This document shows, piece after piece, positions 1 through 9,829 of a stretch of 64,000 nt of DNA (the stretch's first letter is position 1; every line of letters starts with the position of its first letter). Below the pieces are notes generated by a model. It was not told the DNA's origin and ran no database searches. It saw nothing but the letters and a program-made list of their open reading frames with translations. Location of the stretch: positions 1 through 64,000 of the IMG/VR virus record IMGVR_UViG_3300025113_000003; one strand, 5' to 3'. A program made the translations under genes and the position numbers. The DNA is from a virus.

Positions 1-22
1 TAACCTGTAACCTCTTTAGAGA

Positions 23-49
23 CACCCAGGGACACCCGGTCCCTGGGTG
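23..49 (-). terminator. Perfect 11-bp inverted repeat downstream of Thg1-like gene; probable terminator hairpin
   Basis: CACCCAGGGAC (23-33) / GTCCCTGGGTG (39-49), just past the stop at 62; weak U-tract. Confidence 0.5.
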
Positions 50-61
50 ATGGACCCTACA

Positions 62-892
62 TCAAGACCCCTGCAGGTCCTCCGGCGTCCAACCGGTGAC
101 TGGCGGAACGTCACCGAACAGCACCCCCACTGGATCCACCTGCTTCGACAGCCAGACGTCCATCGACTGGACTACCGTCCGCTCGATTGGGCCGGTGGGC
201 CGGTGAGCTTCCGGGATCCGCGCCAGCGCCTCGGGCTCCAGCTCCTTCAGGACCTTCTGGCGCTTCACGAAGACACCGCGCTTGAAGAAGGGCGGGTAGT
301 CGTTGAAGTTGATCCCTTTCTCGGTGAAGAGCCGCTCCTGCATCTCAGGACCATGCATGCCCTGCAGAGACTTGTGCGAGAAGTGGGACTGCGCCGCCAT
401 CGAGATGGCGTTCTTGGTCGCGTCCTGCTGGCGCCACAGGAAGGCGTGGTAGGCCTCCTTGATGGTCGGCACCACGAAGGCCCGGCTGTCGAAGATCGGC
501 TCGCCACCGTGACCGCCAAGGCGGAGCCCGGCGAAGTGGTTGAACTTCAGGGTGCAGTAGGCGGCAGTCAGGCTTTCCAGCTTCTGGAAGCGCCCGTCGA
601 ACGGGTATTCGGCCGTGTCATGCGGCTGGACGTACCAGCAGAGGGTGATCTCGTCGGACTGCGTGTAACCGACCTTGGCCTGAAAGCGCTCGACCAGCGC
701 GAGCGTCGTGTGCTCCATACACCAGGAGAGGCGCTCGTCGTAGGGACGTTGCAGGCCCTTCGTGTAGGTGTGGAAGCTCTTGCCGTCCAGGCGGACGATG
801 AGCGGCTGGCCCTTGAAGGCGCGGCGGCCGGTGGATGGCTGCTCGTACAGCTTCATTCTGTCCCCAAGGGACGTCTTGTCGGTTTCTGACAT
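62..892 (-). CDS. tRNA-His guanylyltransferase-like protein (Thg1/TLP)
   Basis: LGDRMKLYE, IVRLDGKSFH, GYTQSDEITL, FDGRFQKL, FDSRAF, WRQQDATKNAI motifs; start at 892 (MSETDK) preferred, 925 possible. Confidence 0.92.
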   Translation of the reverse strand: MSETDKTSLGDRMKLYEQPSTGRRAFKGQPLIVRLDGKSFHTYTKGLQRPYDERLSWCMEHTTLALVERFQAKVGYTQSDEITLCWYVQPHDTAEYPFDGRFQKLESLTAAYCTLKFNHFAGLRLGGHGGEPIFDSRAFVVPTIKEAYHAFLWRQQDATKNAISMAAQSHFSHKSLQGMHGPEMQERLFTEKGINFNDYPPFFKRGVFVKRQKVLKELEPEALARIPEAHRPTGPIERTVVQSMDVWLSKQVDPVGVLFGDVPPVTGWTPEDLQGS

Positions 893-988
893 GGTCTCGT
901 GCTCCGAGAAGTTGAGGGTAGCCACCTGTTACAGCGACATAGGAGCATTCTACCACACTATCAGGTCGACGTGTTGCCTTTGCGCAGG

Positions 989-1396
989 TTACAGCTTGCG
1001 GTTGGCCGCGACCAGCACCGTGAAGGCGTACCTGAACCGATCATGGTTGAAGGGCTCCAGGTCAATCTCGTGACTGGTTAGAAAGTAGATCAGCGCCATC
1101 ATATTTGCGTAGATCTCGTTGAGCACCGCGATCTCTGTTCCGAGCTTGGTCAGCAGGCGGTCCTCTCCGTGCTTCCAGCGCTTGATGACCTCGGCCAACT
1201 GGGATGAGAGTGTGGCCAGGTTCTTGATTGTTTTGTTCAGCTCTCGGCTCTTGAAGGTAGCTGAGATGGTGTCCATCGGGTAGCGATCAAGGTAGAAGCT
1301 CGTGTGGTCAAAGAGGCAGTCCAACTGAGTCATCAGTGAGATGAAGGCCTCTTCGGCCCTATAGATCAGGCTTCTGCGAAGCAGCTCAGGCGTCAT
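989..1396 (-). CDS. Hypothetical helical protein (late-promoted)
   Basis: Likely start MTPELL at 1396, 4 nt downstream of a TAAATA box. Confidence 0.6.
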   Translation of the reverse strand: MTPELLRRSLIYRAEEAFISLMTQLDCLFDHTSFYLDRYPMDTISATFKSRELNKTIKNLATLSSQLAEVIKRWKHGEDRLLTKLGTEIAVLNEIYANMMALIYFLTSHEIDLEPFNHDRFRYAFTVLVAANRKL

Positions 1397-1400
1397 GGCA

Positions 1401-1443
1401 TATTTAAGGATGGCGCCTGTCTTCTTACCCCGTGGCGTAAATA
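1401..1443. promoter_or_regulatory. Divergent pair of TAAATA late-promoter boxes
   Basis: tattta 1401-1406 (minus) and taaata 1438-1443 (plus) between divergent genes. Confidence 0.65.
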
Positions 1444-1469
1444 GCAGGTACACTCTGCAGAAGGCACTC

Positions 1470-1703
1470 ATGAAGCTGCACCATTTTGTCAACCAGGAAC
1501 CACCAGACACCGCGAAGCGACTGCGTGATCTCGGCAAGGCTCTAGCCGAGCTGGCTCCAGCTCCAGTTGCTGAGGCGCGCCGACCACGCAAGAAGGTGGA
1601 GGAGCCCACCGCTGATGACTCAGATGAGGGCATGGACGCCGCAATTATGGCGCTGACCTCAGGTCAGAAGCACATTCACAAGAAGATCAAGCACCACGAC
1701 TGA
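1470..1703 (+). CDS. Small hypothetical protein, first gene of the AAA-VWA operon
   Basis: ATG at 1470 downstream of TAAATA; phage-like codon usage; ends 8 nt before next gene. Confidence 0.6.
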   Translation: MKLHHFVNQEPPDTAKRLRDLGKALAELAPAPVAEARRPRKKVEEPTADDSDEGMDAAIMALTSGQKHIHKKIKHHD

Positions 1704-1711
1704 GGACGGTC

Positions 1712-4279
1712 ATGCCGAAAGTAAACGTTGAGAACCTCAGTCTGGATGCCAAGGTCCAGACGCTCGAGCACATCTTTGACAACATGCACGTCAAGGGAGC
1801 CGGTCTAGGACAGGCGGGCTACATGCTAGGTGGCGACACCGGTGTTGGCAAGACATCCTTCATCCGCGACCTGTCGGCCCTGCTGGGCATGCAGCTCGTG
1901 ATGGTGGAGACCCCGCACATCATCGAAGAGCACATCATCGACATCCCGTTCATCGTCGTCAAGCCGAACGGGACCTCGAAGACGGTGCACACGCAGGTGG
2001 ACACGAAGAGCTCTGATGTGCAGTTCGACATCAAGTTTGCGAAGTCGAACCTGCACTCGACCCTTGCCTCTGCCAAGAAGGTCCCTGACGCCGAGCTGCT
2101 GAAGATCGTCTACTCGCGCGGTGACCTGGCCCTCATCTGGGAAAAGATGGGCGGCTCCAAGACCACCATCCCACCCGAGATCGATGAGCTGCGCCAGAAG
2201 TACGACGTCATCCTCTTCCTGGACGAGTACTTCCGTCAGACCTCCAGCGCCATCCGCAACATGCTGCGCTCGATCCTCAACGGCCGCATCGGCTCCAATG
2301 AGCTGCCCGACAACGTCTACGTCATCTTCGCGTCGAACCTGGTGGACCAGGGCGTCGGCGACATCCTCGAGAACGAGGACTTCCGCCTGCTCAACTTCGA
2401 CAAGCCGAGCGTGGACGACTGGTTCGCCTACCTGCTCTCGAAGTACAAGAGCCACAAGAAGGTCAAGCTGGACCCCGACCTGGTGGACGGCATGTACGAC
2501 CTCCTCAAGAAGAAGGACGCGCTGTCGCACGACGACGCAGACGCCGACGTGCGCATCTCGCCGCGCCGCTGGGAACAGCTGATGCTCTACATCAGCGCCA
2601 ACCTACCAGTGGCGGACCAGAAGGCGGCCGACCTGCTGATGAAGAACCTCGAGGTCAGCTTCAAGAACTACCAGACCGGCGAGAAGGCCGAGCTGGCGAA
2701 GGACGTGCTGGACCTGGTGAAGGGCCTCATCGACAAGCAGTCGAAGGGCAAGATCGCCGGCAACGAGGGCAACGTTGACGACTCCGACTGGCGTGAGACG
2801 CTGAAGCACCAGGTCGAGACCCGCATGAAGATCGGACCGGACCGCAAGTACATCCCCGTCATCGGCGGCCTGCCTGGCTCTGGCAAGACCAAGCACATCT
2901 CCCAGCTGGCCCTCGAGCTCGGCATGATCCCAGTCTTCGTTGACGTCCAGAACCTCTCGCCTGAGGAGGTCATCGGCGTGCCGCTGTCCAAGACCAACAA
3001 GGACGGCGACATCGAGGTGTCGTTCTCTCGGCCCCCGCTCTACGACAACATCCAGGAGCAGATCAAGCGCGGTGAAAAGAACCTGCCGGCCGCCCTCGAG
3101 AAGGCCTTTGGCAAGGACGAGGCAGCCAAGAAGCTGGCGCAGCACAACAAGTCCGACTCCAAGTACCTTGTCTTCTTCGACGAGCTGAACCGCACCAACA
3201 CGAAGGTCTTCAACGCCATCCGCAAGGTGCTGCTCGAGAAGGAGTTCAACGAGGAGTACAAGCTGCCACCCGAGTCCGTCGTGGTGGCCGCCGTCAACCC
3301 CACCGGCAAGGGCACGCAGGAGCTGACAAAGCACGTGCGAGACGTGTTTGACGTCATCCCCGTCGGCATCAGCTGGAAGAAGTTCAACGACCACCTCGAC
3401 AAGATCGACGTCGTCAAGCAGCTGAAGGTAGACCCTGAGATCGCTGAGGTGTCCCGCCAGGCGCTCAGCGCCTTCGTCGACAACTTCCGCAGCAAGGCGC
3501 CAGGGCGTGAACAGGGAGCCGACCCGCACTTCTACCTGCAGATCGGCCCGACGCCGCTCTACATGTCCGCTCGTGAGTACACCGACGCCTACATCAACTC
3601 CGCCAAGACGCTGCAGCGCGCCTTCAGGAAGGAGATTGACAAGCTGTCTGATCCAGACCACGACGCCGGAGAGAGCGAGCTGCGGATCCGCGAGGCTCTC
3701 GCCCGCGCCTTCGCTCACTCGGTCGGCTACACGGTTGGAGTGAAGCACTCCGTCGACGCGCCTGAGTTCTCGAAGGACCTGGAGGACTGGTTCAAGTACA
3801 CCGACAAGTTCAGCCTCGGCAGCATGTTCAAGAAGAAGGTCTCGTCAGTCAAGAAGCTGGAGGACATCCTCGCCAAGCCGTTCGAGAACCAGAACGAGGA
3901 CCTCTTCAACGACCCCGAGTTCGTCAACTACATCACGTCGGTCGACCCAGTCGTCTTCAAGGAGGAGCTCGTTGAGTTTCTGACCAACTACGCGGTCAAG
4001 GACGCCAAGACCGCCTTCGCGCAGACCCACAAGCTGAAGAAGCTGGACGCCAAGAAGAAGGCAACCGCCTTCGCTGGTAAGGAGATCTCGAAGATTGAGT
4101 ACATCACCCGCGAGATCCTGCACTCCATCAAGCTGCACGACATCTCCAACAAGATGACGGACATGGTCAAGGGCGGCCTGCGCGAGGTGCTGGAGAAGAT
4201 CGCCGATGAGGACACCGACCTCATCGAACCTATCATGGACCTGGCACATGAGATGCAGGACTTCATCAAGAAGCTATAA
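1712..4279 (+). CDS. MoxR-like AAA+ ATPase with two AAA modules
   Basis: Walker A GDTGVGKT / Walker B ILFLDE, and Walker A GLPGSGKT / Walker B LVFFDELNR; ISPRRWE and SAREY helical-lid motifs; GAGG RBS. Confidence 0.88.
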   Translation: MPKVNVENLSLDAKVQTLEHIFDNMHVKGAGLGQAGYMLGGDTGVGKTSFIRDLSALLGMQLVMVETPHIIEEHIIDIPFIVVKPNGTSKTVHTQVDTKSSDVQFDIKFAKSNLHSTLASAKKVPDAELLKIVYSRGDLALIWEKMGGSKTTIPPEIDELRQKYDVILFLDEYFRQTSSAIRNMLRSILNGRIGSNELPDNVYVIFASNLVDQGVGDILENEDFRLLNFDKPSVDDWFAYLLSKYKSHKKVKLDPDLVDGMYDLLKKKDALSHDDADADVRISPRRWEQLMLYISANLPVADQKAADLLMKNLEVSFKNYQTGEKAELAKDVLDLVKGLIDKQSKGKIAGNEGNVDDSDWRETLKHQVETRMKIGPDRKYIPVIGGLPGSGKTKHISQLALELGMIPVFVDVQNLSPEEVIGVPLSKTNKDGDIEVSFSRPPLYDNIQEQIKRGEKNLPAALEKAFGKDEAAKKLAQHNKSDSKYLVFFDELNRTNTKVFNAIRKVLLEKEFNEEYKLPPESVVVAAVNPTGKGTQELTKHVRDVFDVIPVGISWKKFNDHLDKIDVVKQLKVDPEIAEVSRQALSAFVDNFRSKAPGREQGADPHFYLQIGPTPLYMSAREYTDAYINSAKTLQRAFRKEIDKLSDPDHDAGESELRIREALARAFAHSVGYTVGVKHSVDAPEFSKDLEDWFKYTDKFSLGSMFKKKVSSVKKLEDILAKPFENQNEDLFNDPEFVNYITSVDPVVFKEELVEFLTNYAVKDAKTAFAQTHKLKKLDAKKKATAFAGKEISKIEYITREILHSIKLHDISNKMTDMVKGGLREVLEKIADEDTDLIEPIMDLAHEMQDFIKKL

Positions 4280-4285
4280 TCAGCC

Positions 4286-6085
4286 ATGCCGCTTATCGAA
4301 AGCAACGTCAAGGCCAAGCTCGGGACGGTCGCTCCGCGATCAGACCTCAATGAGCCCCGCATCCAGAAGGCAATCGACTACCTGGTAAAGAACGGCGGGA
4401 AGACGAAGGCCGAGATCCTCACTCACCTCCAGGAGAAGGAGAAGGAGTTCAAGGACCTGGAGGCGAAGTCCCCGATCCTCTACTCCGCGATCGCCGCCAA
4501 CATCCACGAGCAGGAGCTCTACAAGCTCTTTCGTGAGCTGAAGATGCCCAACCCAAAGGGCGTCGCTGAGTTTGACCCAGTCACCTTCATGCAGCTGGTG
4601 CGTCGCGTCAAGGCTGAGAACCCGTCCATGTTCCCGCTGCGGAACTTCGCTGACAAGAAGCCGATCGCCTCGCCGCGGGTCATCCTTGTTCCGACGAAGG
4701 ACCCCAAGGACGCGCACTGGAACCGAGTCGAGACCGCCGCCGCCACCCCTCAGGGTGAGTTCATCTTCGACAAGAACACCGCCCAGCGCGACATGAACTT
4801 CGCGTACACCCAGGGCGTCAAGCCAAAGAGCAAGAAGTACAAGAGCAACGGCGGACCCTTCCCAGATGAGTGGGCCCCGGTCGAGTTCACCATCCTGCAT
4901 GAGTTCATGCACTACACCCACGGCGACTTCCACTACATGAAGACGATGGGCGGCAACCCGACCATCCACAACTGGGCCGGCGACTTCCGCTCCAACCACG
5001 ACCTCATCAAGGCAGGCCACCACCCCTACGCCGAGGGGCTCTACAGCGACTACGTCAACTACGACCAGTACGGGTCGTACAAGGAGATGTACGAGGCGGT
5101 ACTGAACGAGTTCAAGAAGCTCAACAAGGAACAGCAGCAGAAGGTCGAGAACCAGCTCGGTGAGCTCGGCGATGACCACGAGCCGCATGAAGGCGAGAAG
5201 CAGAAGCCGATGCCAGGACAGGGCGAGCCCACTGAAAAGGACCTCGAGGAGCACTCGAAGAACACCAGCAAGAAGCCAGGCAAGAAGGCCGACGACGCCG
5301 ACCCTGCGGCGGCAGAGGCAGCGGCAGCCGCGGCGGGCAAGGGCGCGAAGGGTGGCCGTGGCCACGGATCATCGTCTCCAACCCCAGTGGACTACAAGGG
5401 CGTCAGGCCGCGCTACAACTGGAAGACGCTGCTGGACAAGCTGGTCAAGTCAGCTGACACGACCGAGGTCACCTACCAGAAGGTGCACAAGCGCAACATC
5501 ACGGGCGTCCATCTCGCCGCCCAGACCGGTGCGGGCGTGGTTCGTCCTGGTGAGAAGGAGGTGCCAGCCAACCTCGTCAAGCTGGTCATCGTTGTCGACA
5601 GCTCCGGCTCAATGGCGTCAGCCATCGCCACCGTGCTGGCCAACGTGCAGAAGCTGCTCAACGAGACAGGCCGCGGCGTCGCTCGCAACCTCGTCTTCAT
5701 CGAGTTCTCGAACGACTACCACATGTACTCGGTGACCATGGTCGGCCAGTCTGGTACGGCCAAGGTCATCAAGACCCCACAGGAGGTCAAGCACGGTGGC
5801 GGCGGAAAGTCGGACTCGCTGGCGGCCATCCTCAACCGTCACCAGGGCGGCGCAACCAACTTCAGCGACGAGCTGGCAAGGGACCTAGCTACCTTCGCCG
5901 CCATGGGCTACAACATCCTCGTTCTGACGGACTCGGACATCGCGGGCAGCGGAAACAAGGAGGCCTTCCTGGACCTCTACTCCAAGCACCGCGACAAGGT
6001 GTACCTCATCCTCGACAGCGCCGACACCTTCCAGGCGATGGCGCAGACGATGAAGCAGGCGTCAGCTAACTTCAGCCACCTTTGA
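4286..6085 (+). CDS. HExxH metallopeptidase + VWA domain protein (DUF2201-like partner of MoxR ATPases)
   Basis: ILHEFMH zinc motif, low-complexity linker, VIVVDSSGSM MIDAS motif, GGATN, VLTD. Confidence 0.88.
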   Translation: MPLIESNVKAKLGTVAPRSDLNEPRIQKAIDYLVKNGGKTKAEILTHLQEKEKEFKDLEAKSPILYSAIAANIHEQELYKLFRELKMPNPKGVAEFDPVTFMQLVRRVKAENPSMFPLRNFADKKPIASPRVILVPTKDPKDAHWNRVETAAATPQGEFIFDKNTAQRDMNFAYTQGVKPKSKKYKSNGGPFPDEWAPVEFTILHEFMHYTHGDFHYMKTMGGNPTIHNWAGDFRSNHDLIKAGHHPYAEGLYSDYVNYDQYGSYKEMYEAVLNEFKKLNKEQQQKVENQLGELGDDHEPHEGEKQKPMPGQGEPTEKDLEEHSKNTSKKPGKKADDADPAAAEAAAAAAGKGAKGGRGHGSSSPTPVDYKGVRPRYNWKTLLDKLVKSADTTEVTYQKVHKRNITGVHLAAQTGAGVVRPGEKEVPANLVKLVIVVDSSGSMASAIATVLANVQKLLNETGRGVARNLVFIEFSNDYHMYSVTMVGQSGTAKVIKTPQEVKHGGGGKSDSLAAILNRHQGGATNFSDELARDLATFAAMGYNILVLTDSDIAGSGNKEAFLDLYSKHRDKVYLILDSADTFQAMAQTMKQASANFSHL

Positions 6086-6325
6086 CCGGGTCTCGACGAC
6101 CCGAACGCAGCCCAGCTCCACGACGCTGAGCGGACCGGTCAGCCCCGACCGCAGCAGGTCGTCCATGTCCAGCAGCGCCGATGCCTCGTTGCCGTAGCAC
6201 AGGATCTTGTGTACCACCAGGTTCCGCGCGTTCAGCCGTGCCCACCTCGGCGGGTTCATGGTCTCAAGGTACCACGGCTCCGGCCCCACGCCGTTGGAGA
6301 TGAGGAAGATGCCGGTGTCGGACAT
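6062..6325 (-). CDS. Hypothetical protein
   Basis: Part of a tightly packed minus-strand run of small ORFs. Confidence 0.5.
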   Translation of the reverse strand: MSDTGIFLISNGVGPEPWYLETMNPPRWARLNARNLVVHKILCYGNEASALLDMDDLLRSGLTGPLSVVELGCVRVVETRSKVAEVS

Positions 6326-6326
6326 G

Positions 6327-6503
6327 TCAGGCTCCCGGGATGGCGATCAGCCAACCAGCCAGGTGTAGGCTGACGACGACGCCATAGACGAACGAGGCGA
6401 TGAAGATCAGCTTGATGAGGATGTTGGGCCAGCCGTTCTTCGACCAGATGACCGAGATGAAGAGCAGCAGAACCGTGCTGAGAATGGCGTAGGTGAGAAT
6501 CAT
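6327..6503 (-). CDS. Small two-TM membrane protein
   Basis: MILTYAILSTVLLLFISVIW...LIFIASFVYGVVVSLHLAGWLIAI; AAGGAG RBS; ATGA overlap with upstream ORF. Confidence 0.6.
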   Translation of the reverse strand: MILTYAILSTVLLLFISVIWSKNGWPNILIKLIFIASFVYGVVVSLHLAGWLIAIPGA

Positions 6504-6682
6504 GTGGTGGGCTCCTTGTTGGTCCATACTCGGACGAAGTGCTTTCGAAAGGCGTTGACATCGGTGATGTAGCGACACAGGCTGCGCTCCTTGAGCGCCT
6601 CCAGCGCGATGACCGTCAGCGAGGGACCAGTTATCGCCAGCATCAAGCCACGCACCAGCAGAGTTTCGATTGTCTTCATCAC
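6500..6682 (-). CDS. Hypothetical protein
   Basis: Overlap-coupled small ORF. Confidence 0.5.
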   Translation of the reverse strand: MMKTIETLLVRGLMLAITGPSLTVIALEALKERSLCRYITDVNAFRKHFVRVWTNKEPTT

Positions 6683-6867
6683 TTCTCCAGTTGGTCCTTG
6701 AGGTCCGCGTGGATCTCAGCCACGGACCGATTGAAGGCCAGCGAGAGGGCGAAGGCCATCGAGGTGAGCGCCACGCCCTTGACGCTGCTGAAGTCACCAG
6801 CGACGGACTCGGCGCAGTGCACGATGCAGTCCTCGTAGGTGAAGGGACGGGGGTAGGGTGAGGTCAT
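6679..6867 (-). CDS. Hypothetical protein
   Basis: AAGGAG RBS before ATG. Confidence 0.65.
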   Translation of the reverse strand: MTSPYPRPFTYEDCIVHCAESVAGDFSSVKGVALTSMAFALSLAFNRSVAEIHADLKDQLEK

Positions 6868-6890
6868 AGTGGTCTCCTTTTCGGACTCGG

Positions 6891-7865
6891 TCAGGCGTTG
6901 ATCATCGCGTACAGGGCCAGCCGCTTCCAGTGGTCGGGCTTGGTGGAGCGGGCCTTGGTCACGTTGATCAGCGTGCGGAGGTTGATCTCCTTGATCTCGG
7001 GGCGGGCGCTGTTGGCGGCGATGAACTCGAGAGCTTCGAGCTTGTGGGCCAGCTCGTAGCCGACCAGGAAGTCGCCGGCCTTGACGATAGCGGTCATGCG
7101 CTCGATGATCTCCGAGCGGGTCATCGAGACATCTGCCGGCATCGAGCGCGAGATGATCGCCTGCGGGATCTTGTACATCGGCATGTTGCTGATGAAGATC
7201 ACGCCGCCGGTGAAGAGGAAGGACTTGGGCAGCTCGTCGTCGCCGCCGAAGCCGCCTTCCGCGTTCCAGGTGATGATGCGCTTGTCGTAGCTGTCCAGCG
7301 CCGCCTTCAGGAGGTTGCTCGCGACCGGGTCCTTCAGGACGCTGTCGCAGTCATCGAACACCACGAGCCGGTCCTTGTTCTCGTAGAGGGTGCGGAAGAG
7401 ACCCTTGGCGGTGGAGAAGCCCTTGACAACGACGTAGCCTTTCGAGGAGAGACCTTCGTCGAAGCGAGCGCCGATCTCGGCGTCGTCGAGGTTGAGCAGG
7501 CCGGCGCGCTTGAGAGCTGCGAAGACGGTGTGCGACTTGCCGAGACCGCCTTGGCCGGTGATGATCGCCGACGGGATGGTGCGCGAGGCGACCATGTCGA
7601 CGAAGTCCTCCAGAATCAGGAAGCGCTCGTTGATGCTGAAGACCAGCTCCGGGTCCACCGTCTTGACCGCGGTCAGCGGCTTGGCAGCAGAACCGAGTTC
7701 CTCAACCGCCGTCACGCCGAGGGCCTTGGCCTTGGCGCTGATCTGGTTGACGATCTTGTCGACGACGTAGTCCTTCGAGCTCGACTTCAAGAAGACGTGG
7801 CCGCCGAAGGAGGCTTCCCACTTGCTGGTCTTGTCGTTGTAGGAGAGGAGAGCTGTTTTGGACAT
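6891..7865 (-). CDS. P-loop (AAA-like) ATPase, early-promoted
   Basis: GQGGLGKS Walker A, LVVFDDCD Walker B, IFISN sensor; start MSKTALL at 7865 downstream of a promoter. Confidence 0.8.
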   Translation of the reverse strand: MSKTALLSYNDKTSKWEASFGGHVFLKSSSKDYVVDKIVNQISAKAKALGVTAVEELGSAAKPLTAVKTVDPELVFSINERFLILEDFVDMVASRTIPSAIITGQGGLGKSHTVFAALKRAGLLNLDDAEIGARFDEGLSSKGYVVVKGFSTAKGLFRTLYENKDRLVVFDDCDSVLKDPVASNLLKAALDSYDKRIITWNAEGGFGGDDELPKSFLFTGGVIFISNMPMYKIPQAIISRSMPADVSMTRSEIIERMTAIVKAGDFLVGYELAHKLEALEFIAANSARPEIKEINLRTLINVTKARSTKPDHWKRLALYAMINA

Positions 7866-7898
7866 TTGGCTTCCGTCAGGGTGTTTGTCGATAGGTGT

Positions 7899-7941
7899 AT
7901 TGTACATCATGTGCACATCTTGTACACACCTAAAGTGTAAC
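7899..7941 (-). promoter_or_regulatory. Early promoter GTTACA-N8-GTGTAC-N17-TACAAT
   Basis: Read directly on minus strand; same geometry at 10526-10568 and 43927-43969. Confidence 0.7.
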
Positions 7942-7962
7942 GGTTGGGCAGTCGTTACATGA

Positions 7963-8175
7963 TCACCAGCGACCACGCCAGCGCCGCTCGGGGGCCCAGC
8001 GCTCACGGAAGGCCTGGATGCGGTACGCCTGCGGTGTCAAGGAGTATCCCTCACAGTCCAGCGTCTGGATCTTCACCCAGCCACCTTCCACACCGAGCAC
8101 CCGACAGTGAATGTCACCGCTCAGGTAGCGAAAGAGAGCACCCGGTTCCAGCGGTCCCTCGTAGGTCTGATCCAT
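7963..8175 (-). CDS. Hypothetical protein
   Basis: Small ORF downstream of TATAAT promoter (8206-8211). Confidence 0.55.
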   Translation of the reverse strand: MDQTYEGPLEPGALFRYLSGDIHCRVLGVEGGWVKIQTLDCEGYSLTPQAYRIQAFRERWAPERRWRGRW

Positions 8176-8205
8176 GAAGGACTTTCCATTGAGTTGTCAT
8201 GATGC

Positions 8206-8248
8206 ATTATACACCAGGACCAACGACGCGAGCAGGTAGAAGGGTAAC
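8206..8248 (-). promoter_or_regulatory. Early promoter, TGGTG-TATAAT with upstream GTTAC box
   Basis: attata 8206-8211; ggtaac 8243-8248. Confidence 0.6.
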
Positions 8249-8250
8249 CG

Positions 8251-8439
8251 TTACAACCGCGCGTCGATCTTCTCAATGAGGCTCTTGATGTGGTCCATTC
8301 CTGTCCAGCCGACCTGGTCGTAGCTGTAGGTCTCGATGACCTCGCCGTCCAACCAGACCTCGAGAAGATCAGGATCGTCGTCGCTCATCTCAGCGAAGAT
8401 CCGAGGTTCATAGGTGGCCACTGCGTTTCTCCTTTTCAC
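8251..8439 (-). CDS. Small acidic hypothetical protein
   Basis: ORF track; AAGGAG RBS suggests internal GTG start near 8421. Confidence 0.55.
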   Translation of the reverse strand: MKRRNAVATYEPRIFAEMSDDDPDLLEVWLDGEVIETYSYDQVGWTGMDHIKSLIEKIDARL

Positions 8440-8597
8440 CTAGTGAGAAGAACTCCTCTAGGTCCTCTCGAAGCGTGAAGTCATCACTGAAGTCAATCGG
8501 CACGATCACCTCAACGGTCACCCGATACCAGCGTCCCTCGTGCCACCGCCAGCTGCCACCGCGTAGGCGGCGGTACCAGGCGAAGCGGCAGAGGAGC

Positions 8598-9374
8598 CTA
8601 GAGAGCTTCATAGGCCGTCTTGATCTCGTCCTTGAGCTGGTCCACGCGAGACGCGAGGTACCTGCCTGGCGAGTAGCCGTCTCGCTCGAGGTGCTCGATG
8701 AGGCTGAAGTTGATGCCCTCACCGGAGTGAACCGTCTGCGGGGCGACCAAGCGAAGGGCGACCTTGGTATACTCCGGCCCAAGTAGGCCGCCGAAGATCA
8801 ACAGGTTGCGGTGGAAGGCAATCTTCTTCTTCCACAGGTCCTCACGAAGAGCACCTGCACCTTCAGGAGCTTCACGCAGCTTGAGCAGCACGGTGACAGC
8901 GTCAAGGACCACGAGACGCGTGTCAGCACGACAGGCGTTGACGTAGGTTAGCTCGAAGGCTGAGAGCAGCGACCCCGAATCACCGATGTCCGGTGTAGCG
9001 ATGGTGCCCAGCCGTTGATGCAGCTTCTCGCTCAGCTTCTCGTCGCTAAGGTGGATCTGAGCTAGAGGTGGCAGCCTGCCACCCCAGCTTGCTTCCCTGA
9101 GAATAGTCGTAGCCAGCAGCTCAACGGTGTCGCTGGCAGGCTGCCATGACCGCTTTGGTAGCGGCTTCAGCATGCGGTTCTGGTTGCGTTCAAAGAGGGC
9201 GGCCTTGATGCTGATCTCATATCCCGCCACCGCCGAGTGAAACTTCGGAAGCCCACCCTGGTCACGCGCCCCCTCGCGAATGAAGCGGACAAGGTCTAGA
9301 ATGACGGTTGTCCGCTCGGTGTTGATCGCTGGATCGTACGTCCAGCTGATGAAGTCCTGCTGCTCAGCCATCAC
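8598..9374 (-). CDS. Hypothetical protein
   Basis: 258-aa ORF coupled to upstream stop. Confidence 0.7.
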   Translation of the reverse strand: MMAEQQDFISWTYDPAINTERTTVILDLVRFIREGARDQGGLPKFHSAVAGYEISIKAALFERNQNRMLKPLPKRSWQPASDTVELLATTILREASWGGRLPPLAQIHLSDEKLSEKLHQRLGTIATPDIGDSGSLLSAFELTYVNACRADTRLVVLDAVTVLLKLREAPEGAGALREDLWKKKIAFHRNLLIFGGLLGPEYTKVALRLVAPQTVHSGEGINFSLIEHLERDGYSPGRYLASRVDQLKDEIKTAYEAL

Positions 9375-9829
9375 CAGTCCTCTCCGTCTTCATCGATTTC
9401 AGGACCGACCCGGTCGTCCTCAACGTCTGGGTCGGTGTCGATGTCGATGTACCCGAAGGTGATGACGTCATCGTGCCAACGGCAGGTGAAGGGCGCCGTG
9501 AACTCGTGGACGTGCGCCAGCGAGAGGTCGAGGACGCCGGCGACGTCCTCCAGCGGGATGATGCCAATGAGCCCAGCGTCGACGGGGTACTCGCGCTTCG
9601 CGCCGTCCAGGTAGACCCCGTCACCGAGCGCCGGTGAGAAGGCGACCACGGTGCCGACTGTTCCCTGCTTCGTTGTGAAGTGGGCCCAGCACTGGCCGAT
9701 GAAGTAGTCGCTCTCGTCCAACACGCGGTCCCACTCCTCCTCGTGGATGTGGTAGCACGGGTCGCCGATGACGTAGCGGCCAGGCGGGAGGACGACGCTC
9801 TCGGCACCTAGCTCGAGGTCGATGCTCAT
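9371..9829 (-). CDS. Phage hypothetical protein (GDPCY / GDG / VDAGLIG motifs)
   Basis: 152-aa acidic ORF, overlap-coupled on both sides. Confidence 0.7.
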   Translation of the reverse strand: MSIDLELGAESVVLPPGRYVIGDPCYHIHEEEWDRVLDESDYFIGQCWAHFTTKQGTVGTVVAFSPALGDGVYLDGAKREYPVDAGLIGIIPLEDVAGVLDLSLAHVHEFTAPFTCRWHDDVITFGYIDIDTDPDVEDDRVGPEIDEDGEDW

